Under the pieces are notes generated by a model, which was given only the letters and a program-made list of their open reading frames with translations, searched no databases and was not told the origin of the DNA. From positions 14,446,001 to 14,510,000 of the forward strand of contig OZ360246.1 of NCBI GenBank assembly GCA_977017645.1: 64,000 nt of DNA, read 5' to 3'. Position numbers and translations under genes: made by a program. Shown piece by piece: positions 25,251 to 37,313 of this stretch; the stretch's first letter is position 1; each line of letters opens with the position of its first letter. This DNA comes from Torpedo marmorata (taxonomy: Eukaryota).

Positions 25251-25751
25251 TGTAGATTAGAAGAAACAGCATGTAATAAAAGAAGTTCACAGTAAGCTAA
25301 ATTGAAAGAGTCAGACACGGGGAAAGCCAGGCCGTCAAACCACTAATGAACTTCAGAAGAATGAAGAACAGTACTGATAATTTATTAAATTATTATTCAT
25401 TCCAGAGCAATACAATATATATCTGTTAATTAGTAGCTCTTTCTCTCACAGTTCGTTTCCTTTCTTGGTCTTTATCAGCAGTTTCCTGCTTTTTACTTCA
25501 TATACATGTAAAACAGCTGCTCGACCAGTTTGTCCAGCAACAGTGGTGACAAAGAATTCAAGGGAAGCACTAAGATATTTGAGTCTCCACAAGAAGAGAA
25601 AGTTCCCTCCTCCCTAATGGCTGATGCAGTTGGGTCATTTAGCACCATGGTGAAGTGTCCAGAATGCTCCTGTGTTTTATTTGGTCAGAATCCCTTACTG
25701 TGTACAGTAACTGAGGCCTCTGAGGCTGTTTTCCTCTCCTATTTTTTTTCC

Positions 25752-26000
25752 AACTTTCGACGTACATCATGGTAACAGGCCATTTCAGCCCATGAGCCCG
25801 TGCCTCCCAATTACACCCAATTAACCTACAATCCCCGGTATGTTTCGAAAGGTGGGAGGAAACCGAGAAATCCGGAGGAAATCCACGCAGACACAGGGAA
25901 AACGTACAAACTCCGTACGGACAGCGCGGGATTTGAACCCTGCTCCCGATCGCTGGCGCTGTAACAGCGTTGCGCTAACTGCTACGCTAACCGTGACGCC
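25752..26000 (-). mobile_element. tRNA-derived V-SINE (HE1-like)
   Basis: Reverse complement of the V-SINE head and V-domain. Confidence 0.8.
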
Positions 26001-26279
26001 CAGAGTCAAAACATAGTAAAAGCATCTCAAATTATCCAAAGTAAAACATATTGGTCGGATAACGTGTAAAGGTAGCCACTTTTACTCTCAAGTCTTCACA
26101 ATTAAAAATGAGTGCCCACTTCCAAATACATCATACAACAGGCATTATTTCTGTATGAGGTTGAACAATCAAAACAAAACAAAGATAACGGCTGATTTTT
26201 TTTTTTAAACGTTGGAGCTGCTTTCCTGCACTAACCCCAATAACTTGATACCCTTAATATCTAAGATCTACCATAAAAG

Positions 26280-26645
26280 AGAAAGAATTTTATAAATTTA
26301 TAGAGGCATAGATAGGGTAAACGGTTAGTCTTTATCCTGGAATTTAAAAAAAGTCACATACTTGAGAACATGCATTTGAAGTGAGAGGGGGCAAATTTAA
26401 AGGAGATGTGCTGGACAAGTTTTTTATACACTTGTCTGGAAGGCACTGGCAGGGGTAGTGGTGGAAGCAGATACAATAGAAATGTTTAAAAGGCTTTTAG
26501 ATTAATATGAACAAATTAGTATGAACAATGGAAGAATACAGATCATGTGAAGGAAGAAGAAACTTAGTTTAATTTGGTATCATATTCGGCACAGACGTCG
26601 TGGGCCGAAGGACTTGCACCTGTGCGGTGCTGTTCTATGTTCTAC
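26280..26645 (+). mobile_element. CR1 LINE 3' fragment
   Basis: YKF.RGIDRV.. remnant and tail GTGGGCCGAAGG..CCTGTGCGGTGCTGTTCTATGTTCTA. Confidence 0.6.
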
Positions 26646-26831
26646 GAATGCTCCATGCCCTCTTTGTGACCCAAAAGCTAACAGCTCCAGAGTAGGATGA
26701 CATCAGGTGTCTGATATAGGCCAGTACTCCCATTCCTAGTTTGTTAAAGGTTGGTATTAGTCCTATTCAAGGTCTTCATCATACCAGGATTTGGGATCCA
26801 TCTCTTCTCTAAGTACATATAAAGGATTATA

Positions 26832-27365
26832 ATTCAAGATTCAAGATTCAATTTATTGTCATAGTAATAAGACAGTGTCATATTCCATGAAATTTCTTTT
26901 TGCCTGCTGCAAGGCAGACAGATTCGCCACTGGCAGAAATTACCTAAGCGCCTCTAACATTCCTTACAGTCAGAGAAAGAGAAGCAAAAGAGAGTCCCCC
27001 CAGAGTCACCGAGTGTCCATAGATTCGCCTCCAGCGCTTCCGCAGCCACACAGAGTCCAGTCCAAACCATCGGCAACCCGAGCTCCAGATCTGAACCTCC
27101 AACATGGTCAGGTCGCCCTCGGCACCCCCCTCGCATCCCGGTTCCGATACCTGGTACTCCTCCAGCCAGTTTGAGCCAGCCTCCAGCAGTCCGCAGCCCG
27201 GCGCGAGTCCCCCGACAGCAGTCTCCAGCAGCCAACAGCCTCCGCGGGTTCCTCGCCTCGAGTCGCGAGCGTGCTGTATCTCCGCTCCCACGCTCCCTGC
27301 GCGTCCGCACCAGCGGCAGCGCTGCCGCTACAGCGGCTCCGGCAGCGCCGCCATTACGCAAGTCC
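26832..27365 (-). mobile_element. Non-autonomous retroposon with GC/CpG-rich head and Rex1-like tail
   Basis: Minus strand begins near AATGGCGGCG and ends TGACAATAAA(TTGAATC)n; tail shared with 3690-4003 and 18727-18869. Confidence 0.7.
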
Positions 27366-27419
27366 ACATGATTTCTTGGAATAGTAAGGTTTCAAATATA
27401 ATCTACATTTCACAGCTTA

Positions 27420-28430
27420 TTCATTGATGTAACAACCAGAAAACAGTCAGAATAAATGGGATAATTTCAGGTTGACAAACTGCAACCAGTTTGGTGCCAG
27501 AGGGATCCGTGCCAGGTCTCAGCAGTTTCCAATCGGTATTAATGACTTACTGAAGGATATGAGTGCATGCAGCCAAGTGTGCTAGCAATATAAAGATAGG
27601 TAGAAAAGCAAGTTGTGATGAGCATGAAAAGGGGCATTAGCAGATTAAGCAAGTATGCTAAGTTTTGGTGGATGAAATACAGTTTAAATGTAAGGTTATC
27701 CACTTTGGTAAGAAAATTAAGAAAGCAGAATAAGGATTAAGTGAAAAAAGTCTCCAAAACATTGCTGTACAGATTAATCTGGATGCCCTTGTTCACAAAA
27801 TACAGACTGTTAGCATGCAACTGCAGCAAGTAATTAGAAAATAAATAATGAAGCCTTTCTTCCTCATAAAATGTCCCACAACGTCTGCAGGTTTTGATAA
27901 AGATAGGCCCACCATGGCTTCTAGTGCATCTCGTTGGATAGAGCCCGCACTTAAGCAATAAGACGTGATCACTTGGTGCCCCTTCCAGTTCGTCTCTTAT
28001 TTAATCCAGGATTTTGAAAAAGAATCTCCTTGGATTTCACTAATGCCGGAACCCTGGCACGCAAGGTCCGCCCATTTCTGGAATTCCCCAAAATAGTTGA
28101 AAAAATGGCGGGATCGCATTTGGTGTACCTTATACAATTTTCTTCTCTTGATTAAATATGAGATATATTTGTATTGGAGACAATTCAGAAAAAGGGTCAC
28201 TCGGTTGATTGCTGGAATGAAAGAGTTTTCTTTCAAGGAAAAGTTGATCGGGTGAGGCTGCACTCATTGCAGAGTGCAGAAGAATGAAAGGCAATCTTAA
28301 TGAAACTTTAAGATTCTGAGGTGGTTTGACAAAATGGATGCTGAAAGGATGTCTTCCCTTGTGAGAGAATCTAATATGAGCACGGCTTCAGAACAACGGG
28401 CCACCCATTTGAGATGGAGATGAGAAAGAT
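27420..28430 (+). mobile_element. Degenerate CR1 RT remnants
   Basis: GVP.GSV.G..F.I.INDL..AK.A...KIG and LETIQKRVTRLIAGMK..SFKEKL motifs with frameshifts. Confidence 0.55.
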
Positions 28431-29263
28431 GCTTTATCATTACTTTGCTGTCCACCCATTAACTGACAACTTCACTCCGTCCAGCTCTCATCTTCCCAGA
28501 GCATTCACTGGCAGCTTTTCCTTACCTCCAGCCCCCGATAAGATGATGAATTTAGCACATGTCGATTAACCAGATTGTTGGATGTCATATGGAGCAAATT
28601 ACTAACAACTGATGAGCGACTGTGGAGTTAAATTTGTCAGCTCGTTATGTGCCCTAATTTAGAAATCCTTCCTGAAATGAAAGGAATTAATGTAAATACC
28701 AGATGATCCACTGGAATTGGAATGTTAGATAGTCAATGGGGACATTTCCTTGCCAAAACATTAAAAACCTGATGAAAGAACGACAGACCTCTCTCAACTG
28801 TTTCCCGCAGTTATCTTGTCCCTTTGAGAACTGAAAGAAAAGGCGATATTCCTCTTGTCTTTTGGTCATTCCCCATTCCCTTTGCCTCATCATTAGCAGG
28901 CGCCTGGTTCTAGAATTCCTTCTGAAACCTATTTGGCTCTTCACTTTTCTAAAGAAACTACTTAAAGCTACCTTCAAAACCATGATGTTAGTTTCCTTTT
29001 CCAATATTGCCCTTTTTGCCTCATTGTCACCTTTTGTCTCATTGTGCTTTTGAGACATGCATTGGGACATTTTCCTGGATTAATGATGGAAGTACAAGCG
29101 TTAACTATTTTCAGGAATTTTGGAACTATAAAAGGTATTACAATGATAAAAACAATTCAGTTTGGATTCCTTGGCCCTGGATTCTCCTCCTATTGGTGGG
29201 AGATTCAACTCCCACCAATGCCCCTGAGCGTAAAGCCCTCCAAAAGTGATGTCACAGTTTGAG

Positions 29264-29752
29264 ATGGACACAGCCCAGGACATTACAGGCAAAGCCCTCC
29301 CCACTATTGAGTACATCTACAGGGAACGCTGCCGTTGGAGGGCAGCAGCAATCATCAAAAACCCACACCACCCAGCACACGCTCTGTTCTCGCTGCTGCC
29401 ATCAGGAAAGAGGTATAGGTGCCACAAGACTCGCACCACCAGGTTCAGGAACAGTTGCTACCCCTCCACCATCAGACTCCTCAACGACAAACTCAATCAG
29501 AGACTCATTTAAGGACTCTTACTTGTGCACTTTATTGATTTTCTTTTTGTTCTCTCTGTATTGCACAGTCAGTTTGTTTACATTCATTATCTGCTTACAG
29601 TTCTTTGTTTGTTTACATGTTTACGCTGTGTACAGTTTTTTTTTGCACTACCAATTAGTGGTAATTCTGCCGCACCCGCAGGAAAAAAGAATCTCAGGGT
29701 TGTATGTGATGTCATGTATGTACTCTGACAATAAATCTGAAATCTGAAATCT
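29264..29752 (+). mobile_element. Rex1/Babar-like LINE 3' end
   Basis: MDTAQDITGKALPTIEYIYRERC..HPAHALFSLLPSGKRYR..FRNSCYP; 3' UTR ends TGACAATAAA(TCTGAAA)n. Confidence 0.85.
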
Positions 29753-30959
29753 AGATACTGCTGATGATGACTTAAATGATTTAATAATCTGCTTGTTGAT
29801 TGAGGGATAAATAGCAGGTCAAAACAGGGATAGATCCTCTGCTTTTCTTCAAAATGATGTCACTGTATCACTTTCCACTCAACCTGGAAATCATCCTCAA
29901 CAGGACAGCACACCCTCTGTTCTGGACTGCAGTGTCCACTGAAGTTTTTGTCTGCAAACCCTGGAGTGGAACTTAGAGAGATGGAGATACACACTTCTGT
30001 GTAAGCAAAATTTCAAATATATGGTTTCCGAAATTTTTTATTCCTTTTATGGAAGTTCATTTCTCCCCAGATAAGGGAACATTTTAAGTATCTGATTGTC
30101 ATCATGCAGGAAAAAGAAGTGAAAGGTGAGTGAGATTCGCATGGACTTTTAAATTTGGCCAAGTGTCAGAAATTTTATAAATTCTCAGAGGAAATATTAA
30201 AAGGGCAAGATAAAAGAGCTCACTGCTGAAACCTCCTTCATTCAGAAAAGGAACACATTCCAAACACAGTCCCCCTGGTGCCATAAAGTGCTTCCCAGCA
30301 TCAAACCGTTTTTGGATTTACTTCTTAAAACAAACTTTCCCATTTCACAGCTCTGCAATGTTATTGAAACAAGACACTGTGTAGAGATTCCATTGATAAG
30401 AGGGAGAGGAAATTGAAGGCAAGGCTCATATTCTCCTGCTCCATTTGTGGACGCTGAATGCCCCCTCTTGGTTTAATTAAAGGGAAAGAACGAGTGAGTG
30501 AGATGTTGAGACACACAGAGAGGGAAGACCTCAGCATTAATCTCCAAATTGTAGCACAGAAACAGAGATCAGTGATTGCAGCAAGTCAGAAGCTAAAGAA
30601 AGAATCAGCATTTATCAAGCATCTTTTGCAACCTCTGGACATCATCCCTCGATACAGCCCATGAAGGTCTTCAGAAGTGCAAGCACTTGTAAATTCACAA
30701 AATCTTTCCATTCTGAAAGGCTAAATTCAGTTGAGCTTGAGTATTGGTCAGGGCAATAAGAAACTCCACTTCAAATTAACACCCCAGGATCTACTGAGGG
30801 AATACACAAGGATTTAACATTTCATTGGAAAAAACAGCATCTCTCAGAGTGCAACACTCTTCCTGCAATGCACTGGAACTGCTAGCCTGTCTCAAGTCCT
30901 TGGAGTAAGATTTCATTTTGAATCCTGCCAGAAAGAGTCTATGGAGGAGCAATTTCACA

Positions 30960-31565
30960 GTACAGGTCTGGATGATGAGGAAATCCAAAGATCCAGCATC
31001 GCAGTCAGAATTATTGTCTCCATGTGGGGTTCAAGGGTGGCCATGCCTGGACTGGTTACAGACTTCCAGAAGAAGGGCAGAGCTCACTGCCCGGTCTGTA
31101 TCAATGGTGATGTGCTGGAGATAGTAGACAGCCTTAAGGTCCAAGGTGAAACCATCTCCACTGACTTGTCCTGGTCCATCCACACGATGCAATGGCCAAA
31201 AAGAGCACACAGTACCTCTACTTCCTCAGGAGCCTGAGGAAATTTGGCATGTCACTTGCATCCTTTAACAACTTCTACAGGTGTACCATTGAAAGCATCC
31301 TGTCAGGGCATCGCTGTGTGGTACGGGAACTGCTCTACCCAAGATCACAAAAGACTGCAGATGGTTGTGAACACAACTCAAGCCATCAAACATATACCTT
31401 CCCCTCCATCAACTCCATCTATAACCCCCATTGCCTTGGTACAGCAGCCAACATATAAAAGACTCATCCCATCCTGGTCACAATCTCTTCACCCCTCTAC
31501 TGTCAATAAGAAGATTCGCGAGTGTAAGATCACGCATCGCCAGATTCAAGGATAGTTTCTTTCCT
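30960..31565 (+). mobile_element. Older Rex1/Babar-like LINE fragment
   Basis: KK..QYLYFLRSLRKFGMS..NFYRCTIESILS motif. Confidence 0.7.
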
Positions 31566-33300
31566 CCAGAATGAACCTCAGAATAGTAAAATTATACTGC
31601 CTTTGCTCGGTACCGTCTGCTCTCTCTCTGTAATCTGCACTCCTGCACTGTGTCTTACTCACTGTACGATGTATGAGAAATTCAACTGGTCTGCTCTCAA
31701 AACAAACTATCACAACATCTCGGTACATGCGGCATCAGCCTTGAACTTGAATAGACGGTGCCTGCCAAACAGTTCCTTGGCATGGGAGAACACTGCTGGA
31801 GAGGAGGGCTTGGGAGAAAACTGAAGACGTCATTGCAAAAAATATACAGGTATTCTGTGATTGAAAAGGCAGTACTGCACTGACTTTTTTTAAAGTTCAT
31901 TCAATGACTGGAAAGGACCATTTCCTATTGCCAATATTTTGAAAAGCACTTTGTGTGCTTCCAGCTTGATTTTATATTAATTAGATTCTAAATAGACATT
32001 AGCAAACAGCGTGTATTTTAAACTATTCCTTATGTCACTGTTCTGTTGCTTCAGGCACCTGAAGTGAGTAATCTTGGATCCATATCAAACAGTTACAGAT
32101 TCCCAGTCACAATATAGACTCGCGCAGAGTCCAGGGCAAGAGGGAACTTGATCCAAAACTCACTGAAAAGGTCTTTCAACTGGGGATTTGACTCAATTTA
32201 GTGTTGATATATGGCATATAAAATATCAGAAGAGAAATGAAAATGTAACAGGATTATGGGGTTTTATATTACTTAAACCACATAATGAGAACTAGGAAAT
32301 ATTTCCTGCTTGGTAACACTTATATAAATCCCTCTTTTGTTTTTAGAAATTCATGATTTCTCTCCTGGGCTAATTTCAATCAACTTTGTATTTACCTTAT
32401 GAGACATCACAAAGTCATGAAGGGGGCAATATTAATGCAAATACTTTATTCCTTTCTGAGGAAGTCAGGCAAAAGCGATCCAGATTTATATTCTCTAATT
32501 GGCCGAAGTTTTCATCTGGTTAGTGCTCTCCCAGATTACAAGATGGGGAATGTCTGAGCCACAAATGCCATCACGTTACTTGTGTTTATTATATGTTGCA
32601 GGACAGATTAGAAGCATTCCATGTGTACACTGCATGCAATGGTAAACCAAACTTCTATCATTTCGGTATGTAACTCACTTACACAAAAAAAAAGACACAG
32701 GACAAACATCAATAACATTAATCAGCCTGTAACTTAGCTTTGATGTTGTTACCACAAAGTTAAGTGCATGTGCTCACTTCAGAACTCACATGGATCTTAC
32801 AAGAAGGAACATGCCTTAACAAGCTAAAGAAGATCTGCTCAAGGGCAAAGTTACAGGGCACAGCAGTACTTGAGCAGCTGTCGTAGATTCCACCATTGAA
32901 GATAAGCAGTGAAAGTTCGGCAAAGAACCAGATGTTTGTGACTTGTGTTTTCTTGAAGGCAGGGCAACCACTCCTATCCTTACCTCACTTAGAAAGACAT
33001 GATGTCCACTGGATCTCCAAGCCATAAGGAGCCCACTTCCATCTTTGATTGCCACTCCACAAACATGCCCAAATCCACGCAACTACTTAATATTGTGGTG
33101 CCTAATCAGATCTGTTGTCTTCAAGGCTTGTGCCAGAGTGAGAGATAATGCTTTTCAGTTTATGTTTTTGCACAGCTTTGAAGATAACATGTGGTTGCTA
33201 TCCAGAACGGCACTGGAGATTCAGGATTTACAAATCACACAATGCGTGCACATTATGTGCATTTGTAAATCCACCCACCCCCACCCCCCAACCGCCCCTT

Positions 33301-34109
33301 TGTATTGGGAAGGGTCGTGGCTGTCACGTGACAGCACTACCCCCTACCTAATCGGAGGACACACCACCTGCCAATCAAGGTTTGGCCCAGCCCCAGCCAT
33401 TAGTGCACACCTTGCTGTTGGCCAATTTAAATTCCTTTGTACTTGGCTTTGGGCGATTGGCCTTTGTAATCAGCTTAACCTTCCTGGCACCGAGCCATTA
33501 GCCCCCTGCTAACGACCTGGGCTGGACCCCCCAGCCCTCCAGCACTATAAAGGTGCTACGTGTTCTTTATTCTCCCTCTTTGCCAGCTTGGGGCCACCCA
33601 CTTCACTCCAGGCCAAGAACCGTGGAAGGGCGCTGGAGAAATTGTTGGTAAGATGTGCACTGTTTAAAAGGGTTAGGAGTGTTTAATTAGTGTCCCTAAG
33701 TAGCATAGAGCCGTGCCTGCACTGAGTCAAGGGGTGGTGGGGCATCGTATTGATTTTTCCTTGGTTATTGTATGTACCCAGTTGGTTGTATGTGTGTGTG
33801 TATTTTGTTCCCACGCAATTTTCCCACGATCGCTATTAAAATGTTCGCGTTACATATTGCCGTCCCGACTTTTCCCACGATCGCTATTAAACTGTGCGCG
33901 TTGCTTATTGCCGTCCCGACTTTCCCCACAATCGCTAATAAATTGTGTGCGTTGTTCCCACGGCTGCTGTAAATTGTACGTGTGTGTGTTGCCACTGCTG
34001 CCATTTCCCCACGTTTTGCCTTCTGTAAATAAAATCCCTTACTACCAGAACTGTGTGTCTAGTGTCCTTGCCTTTGAGACCCACCAAACCTGTTTCCTCA
34101 CTCACAGCA
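33301..34109 (+). mobile_element. Solo LTR (809 bp) with 5-bp TSD
   Basis: TG...CA ends; CCCTT at 33296-33300 and 34110-34114; TATAAAA near 33546; AATAAA near 34028; internal ~50-bp tandem repeats. Confidence 0.85.
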
Positions 34110-35084
34110 CCCTTACAGGACCACAAAAATCTGACACGGTATCCAGAAGAGAAATACAACTTCTAGGCTTGCACATCATGATGCACGAGCCATTATGCTC
34201 GAGGAATTGGCTGCATAGGTCATAAGGTTATGCTCTGTCATTCAGTGTTCATATTTTTTTATTCATGGAATGTGAATGTCCGTGGCAATTCCAGCATTCA
34301 CGGTCCATCTCTAATTGCCCAGAACTGTGGCAGTTAACAGTAAACCACATTAGTAGACAAGAAAAAAAAAATCATTTAAAACAGATGAGGCAATTCTTTT
34401 CTCTCAGAGGGCTGTGAGATTTTAGAATACTCTCAAATGTAGGAGAGCAGTTTTTGAATATTTTTACAGCAGAGATAGGGAGTGAATTTTCACTATGGAT
34501 CGACAGTAATACACAGTTGAAGCTGCAGTCAGATCAACCATAACCTTATTAAATGGCAGTGGAGGCAAGAAAGCACGAATGGCCTACTTCTGTTCCTAAC
34601 TCACCTGTACATATCTGTGGGTCCAAAATCACATCCAGGCTAGACCAGGTAAGGGTAGCAGATTTCCTTCCTTGATGGACAATAATGACAGAGGAGTACA
34701 GAGGAGTACATTTATGGTTACCATTGTAGAACCTAGTTTTTAATTCCAGTTTTATTTAATTACTTCATAAATTCCCCAGCTACTCGTATCTCTAGATCAA
34801 TGGCCCAGAACTCCTGCAATGGCTGTTCCTCCATTAGTACCATTCCCAATAACAGAGTATTTCCAATTAAACAACATGATGCACAGAGAAATCTCAATAC
34901 CTGCACTCAAAGGTACAGCTGCTGTTATCCGTAATTTTCCTCAAAATCCCCCCAACAGCAATGAGAAGAATGGCCCCTTTAACCTCTTTCTGACTGAGGG
35001 GGCATACAGGACAAGCTAGCTGCCTGCTTTAAAGATGGCATCATTGTCACCAGCTGCAGAATGGCACCTCTAACAAGCAGTCTT

Positions 35085-35604
35085 CCCCAGTAATGCACCA
35101 GACCATCAGGATCAGGCCCCAATTAATGCACCAGACCATCAAGATCAGGCCCCAGTAATGCACCAGACCATCAGGATCAGGCCCCAGTTAATACACCAGA
35201 CCATCAGGATCAGGCCCCAGTAATGTACCAGACCATCAAGATCAGGCCCCAGTTAATGCACCAGACCATCAAGATCAGGCCCCAGTTAATGCACCAGACC
35301 ATCAGGATCAGGCCCCAGTAATGCACCAGACCATCAGGATCAGGCCCCAGTTAATGCACCAGACCATCAGGATCAGGCCCCAGTAATGTACCAGACCATC
35401 AAGATCAGGCCCCAGTTAATGCACCAGACCATCAAGATCAGGCCCCAGTAATGAACCAGACCATCAAGATCAGGCCCCAGTTAATGCATCAGACCATCAG
35501 GATCAGGCCCCAGTTAATGCACCAGACCATCAGGATCAGGCCCCAGTAATGTACCAGACCATCAAGATCAGGCCCCAGTAATGCTCCAGACCAGCAAGAT
35601 CAGG
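35085..35604. repeat. 32/33-bp minisatellite (CCCCAGT[T]AATGCACCAGACCATCARGATCAGG), about 16 copies
   Basis: Direct tandem array with no unique spacers. Confidence 0.95.
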
Positions 35605-36291
35605 AGTTGAGCTTGAACTCAATCTTGAAACTGTAATATGATTCATAAGGAAGCATGCAGCAAAGAGGAAGGGGATGGGCAACACATTTTATGTGTGGGC
35701 CCACTGCAGTCATTTTGCACCAGGGCCAAGGCATCATGCACAATAGAACAAAGTTTACTTTGCCACTTGCTCTGCCACTGGTTTCATGCACCAGACCCAA
35801 CCCCCCCACCCCCCCCTCAGATGGGTCTCCTTTAAGTCACACAGAAGTACCATAATCCTCACCCACCATGTGATAGCCAACTTTGGAATGAGTGATCTGC
35901 ACACATTCAGATCTCTCCGCATGTAAATGTATCATACACAGAGGATCCAGATCAAATTCAGTGCTCCTCGTAACCAATGCCAGAAGAGTAATTAGACTTT
36001 TGATTAAATGAATACTTGCAGTGCATCAAAAGGTTGTGTAATGAGAAAGAATTTCTTGTTCACAATGTCTGCCTCAACAGGCTGAACTGTTGCCAACTGA
36101 AACAAGCTGGGTGACAGCTAAATGAGCAGTTAGAGTACCGTTAATGAACTACTTCACAGACATAAAAAGCCAGGACTCAAACAGAGTAAAGTCAGTAGGG
36201 CAAAAAAAAAAAATCAGATTATTTCTTGGGGAAGTCATAGGTTTACTGTTTATCCTCTGCCATTGCCCAATGCTAGGTTCATGCTCGAGAG

Positions 36292-36476
36292 CAGCCATTC
36301 TCAACCATTTTTTGGCTATGGCCCCTTAGGACTCTGCTCCCTTCCCTGTAAAGTACTCAAGTTTAGTTGGTTTCTTCCGTACTTCTCTCCTACCAACTAC
36401 ATAAAAGACAAGTATTTTATGATATCAGTCCGTGGTCCCCCTTAAATATGCTGTGGCCCTCGGTTGAGAATGGCTG
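36292..36476. mobile_element. hAT MITE
   Basis: TIR CAGCCATTCTCAACC / GGTTGAGAATGGCTG; degenerate 8-bp TSD CTCGAGAG/CTATAGAG. Confidence 0.75.
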
Positions 36477-36712
36477 CTATAGAGTATAAATAGCATCAAA
36501 TATAGATGATCTGTCTCCCTAGAGAGGGGGCTGACTTCCCTTCATTTGACTCGACTACTTTTATTGTAATCTCAATGTTATCTCCTTGTGGGCAATGCCT
36601 CTCCAATAGTCCTTCAAGTGTGGTAGACCTCTCTTCATGGACTCACAATGCAGCCTGCTGGCATGTGGCTTAGTGAGGTCAAGGCCAAGGGTTGTGATGT
36701 TATAATCTACGG

Positions 36713-36900
36713 CAGTGGTTTTCAAACTGCCCCCCTAAACTCACATACCACCTTAAGTAATCCCTATGTCATAAGTGCTCTGTGATTAGTAAGGGATTGC
36801 TTAAGGTGGTATGTGAGTGGGAAGGGAAGGTTGAGAACCACTGGCATAGGGATTGCTCAAGGTGGAATGTGAGTTTAGGGGGGCAGTTTGAAAACCACTG
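36713..36900. mobile_element. hAT (Charlie-like) MITE, compound form
   Basis: TIR CAGTGGTTTTCAAAC / GTTTGAAAACCACTG; degenerate TSD ATCTACGG/AGCTATGG. Confidence 0.75.
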
Positions 36901-37313
36901 AGCTATGGTGATGCTCCTATACAGCAATGCTTCAGCACTGCACTGAACAGAGGTGTTAACTTCCAGATGAGCAATGCTGAGGTCAGTCCAACCCTTGAAT
37001 GATCCAGTCTGATTTATTCCTTCAAACAGTATCACTAAAACATTTTACCTCTTATTTGTGGAAGCCACAACAGTCACTACACTTCAAAGATAACCAAGAC
37101 TGCGAGGGTAATTTTTGTCTTTCTTGATATGCTGATTTATAGGACTAGGTGATACAATCCCTGACGTTTCAGTATTGGTTAGATCAGTGGTTTTCAAACT
37201 TTTTCTTTCCACTCACATACCACCTTAAGTAATCCCTATGCCATAGGTGCTCTGTGATTAGTAAGGGATTACTTAAGGTGGTAAGTGAGTGGGAAAAAAG
37301 GTTGAGAACCACT

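Noticed and set aside
25480-25775. Short ORFs on both strands after the Gypsy truncation
   Set aside because: No recognisable homology or exon boundaries.
28542-28612. C/D box snoRNA (ATGATGA ... CTGA)
   Set aside because: No terminal stem and no recognisable rRNA antisense element.
35085-35604. CRISPR-like array of ~32-bp repeats
   Set aside because: Units are directly tandem with no unique spacers, there are no cas genes, and the DNA is vertebrate.
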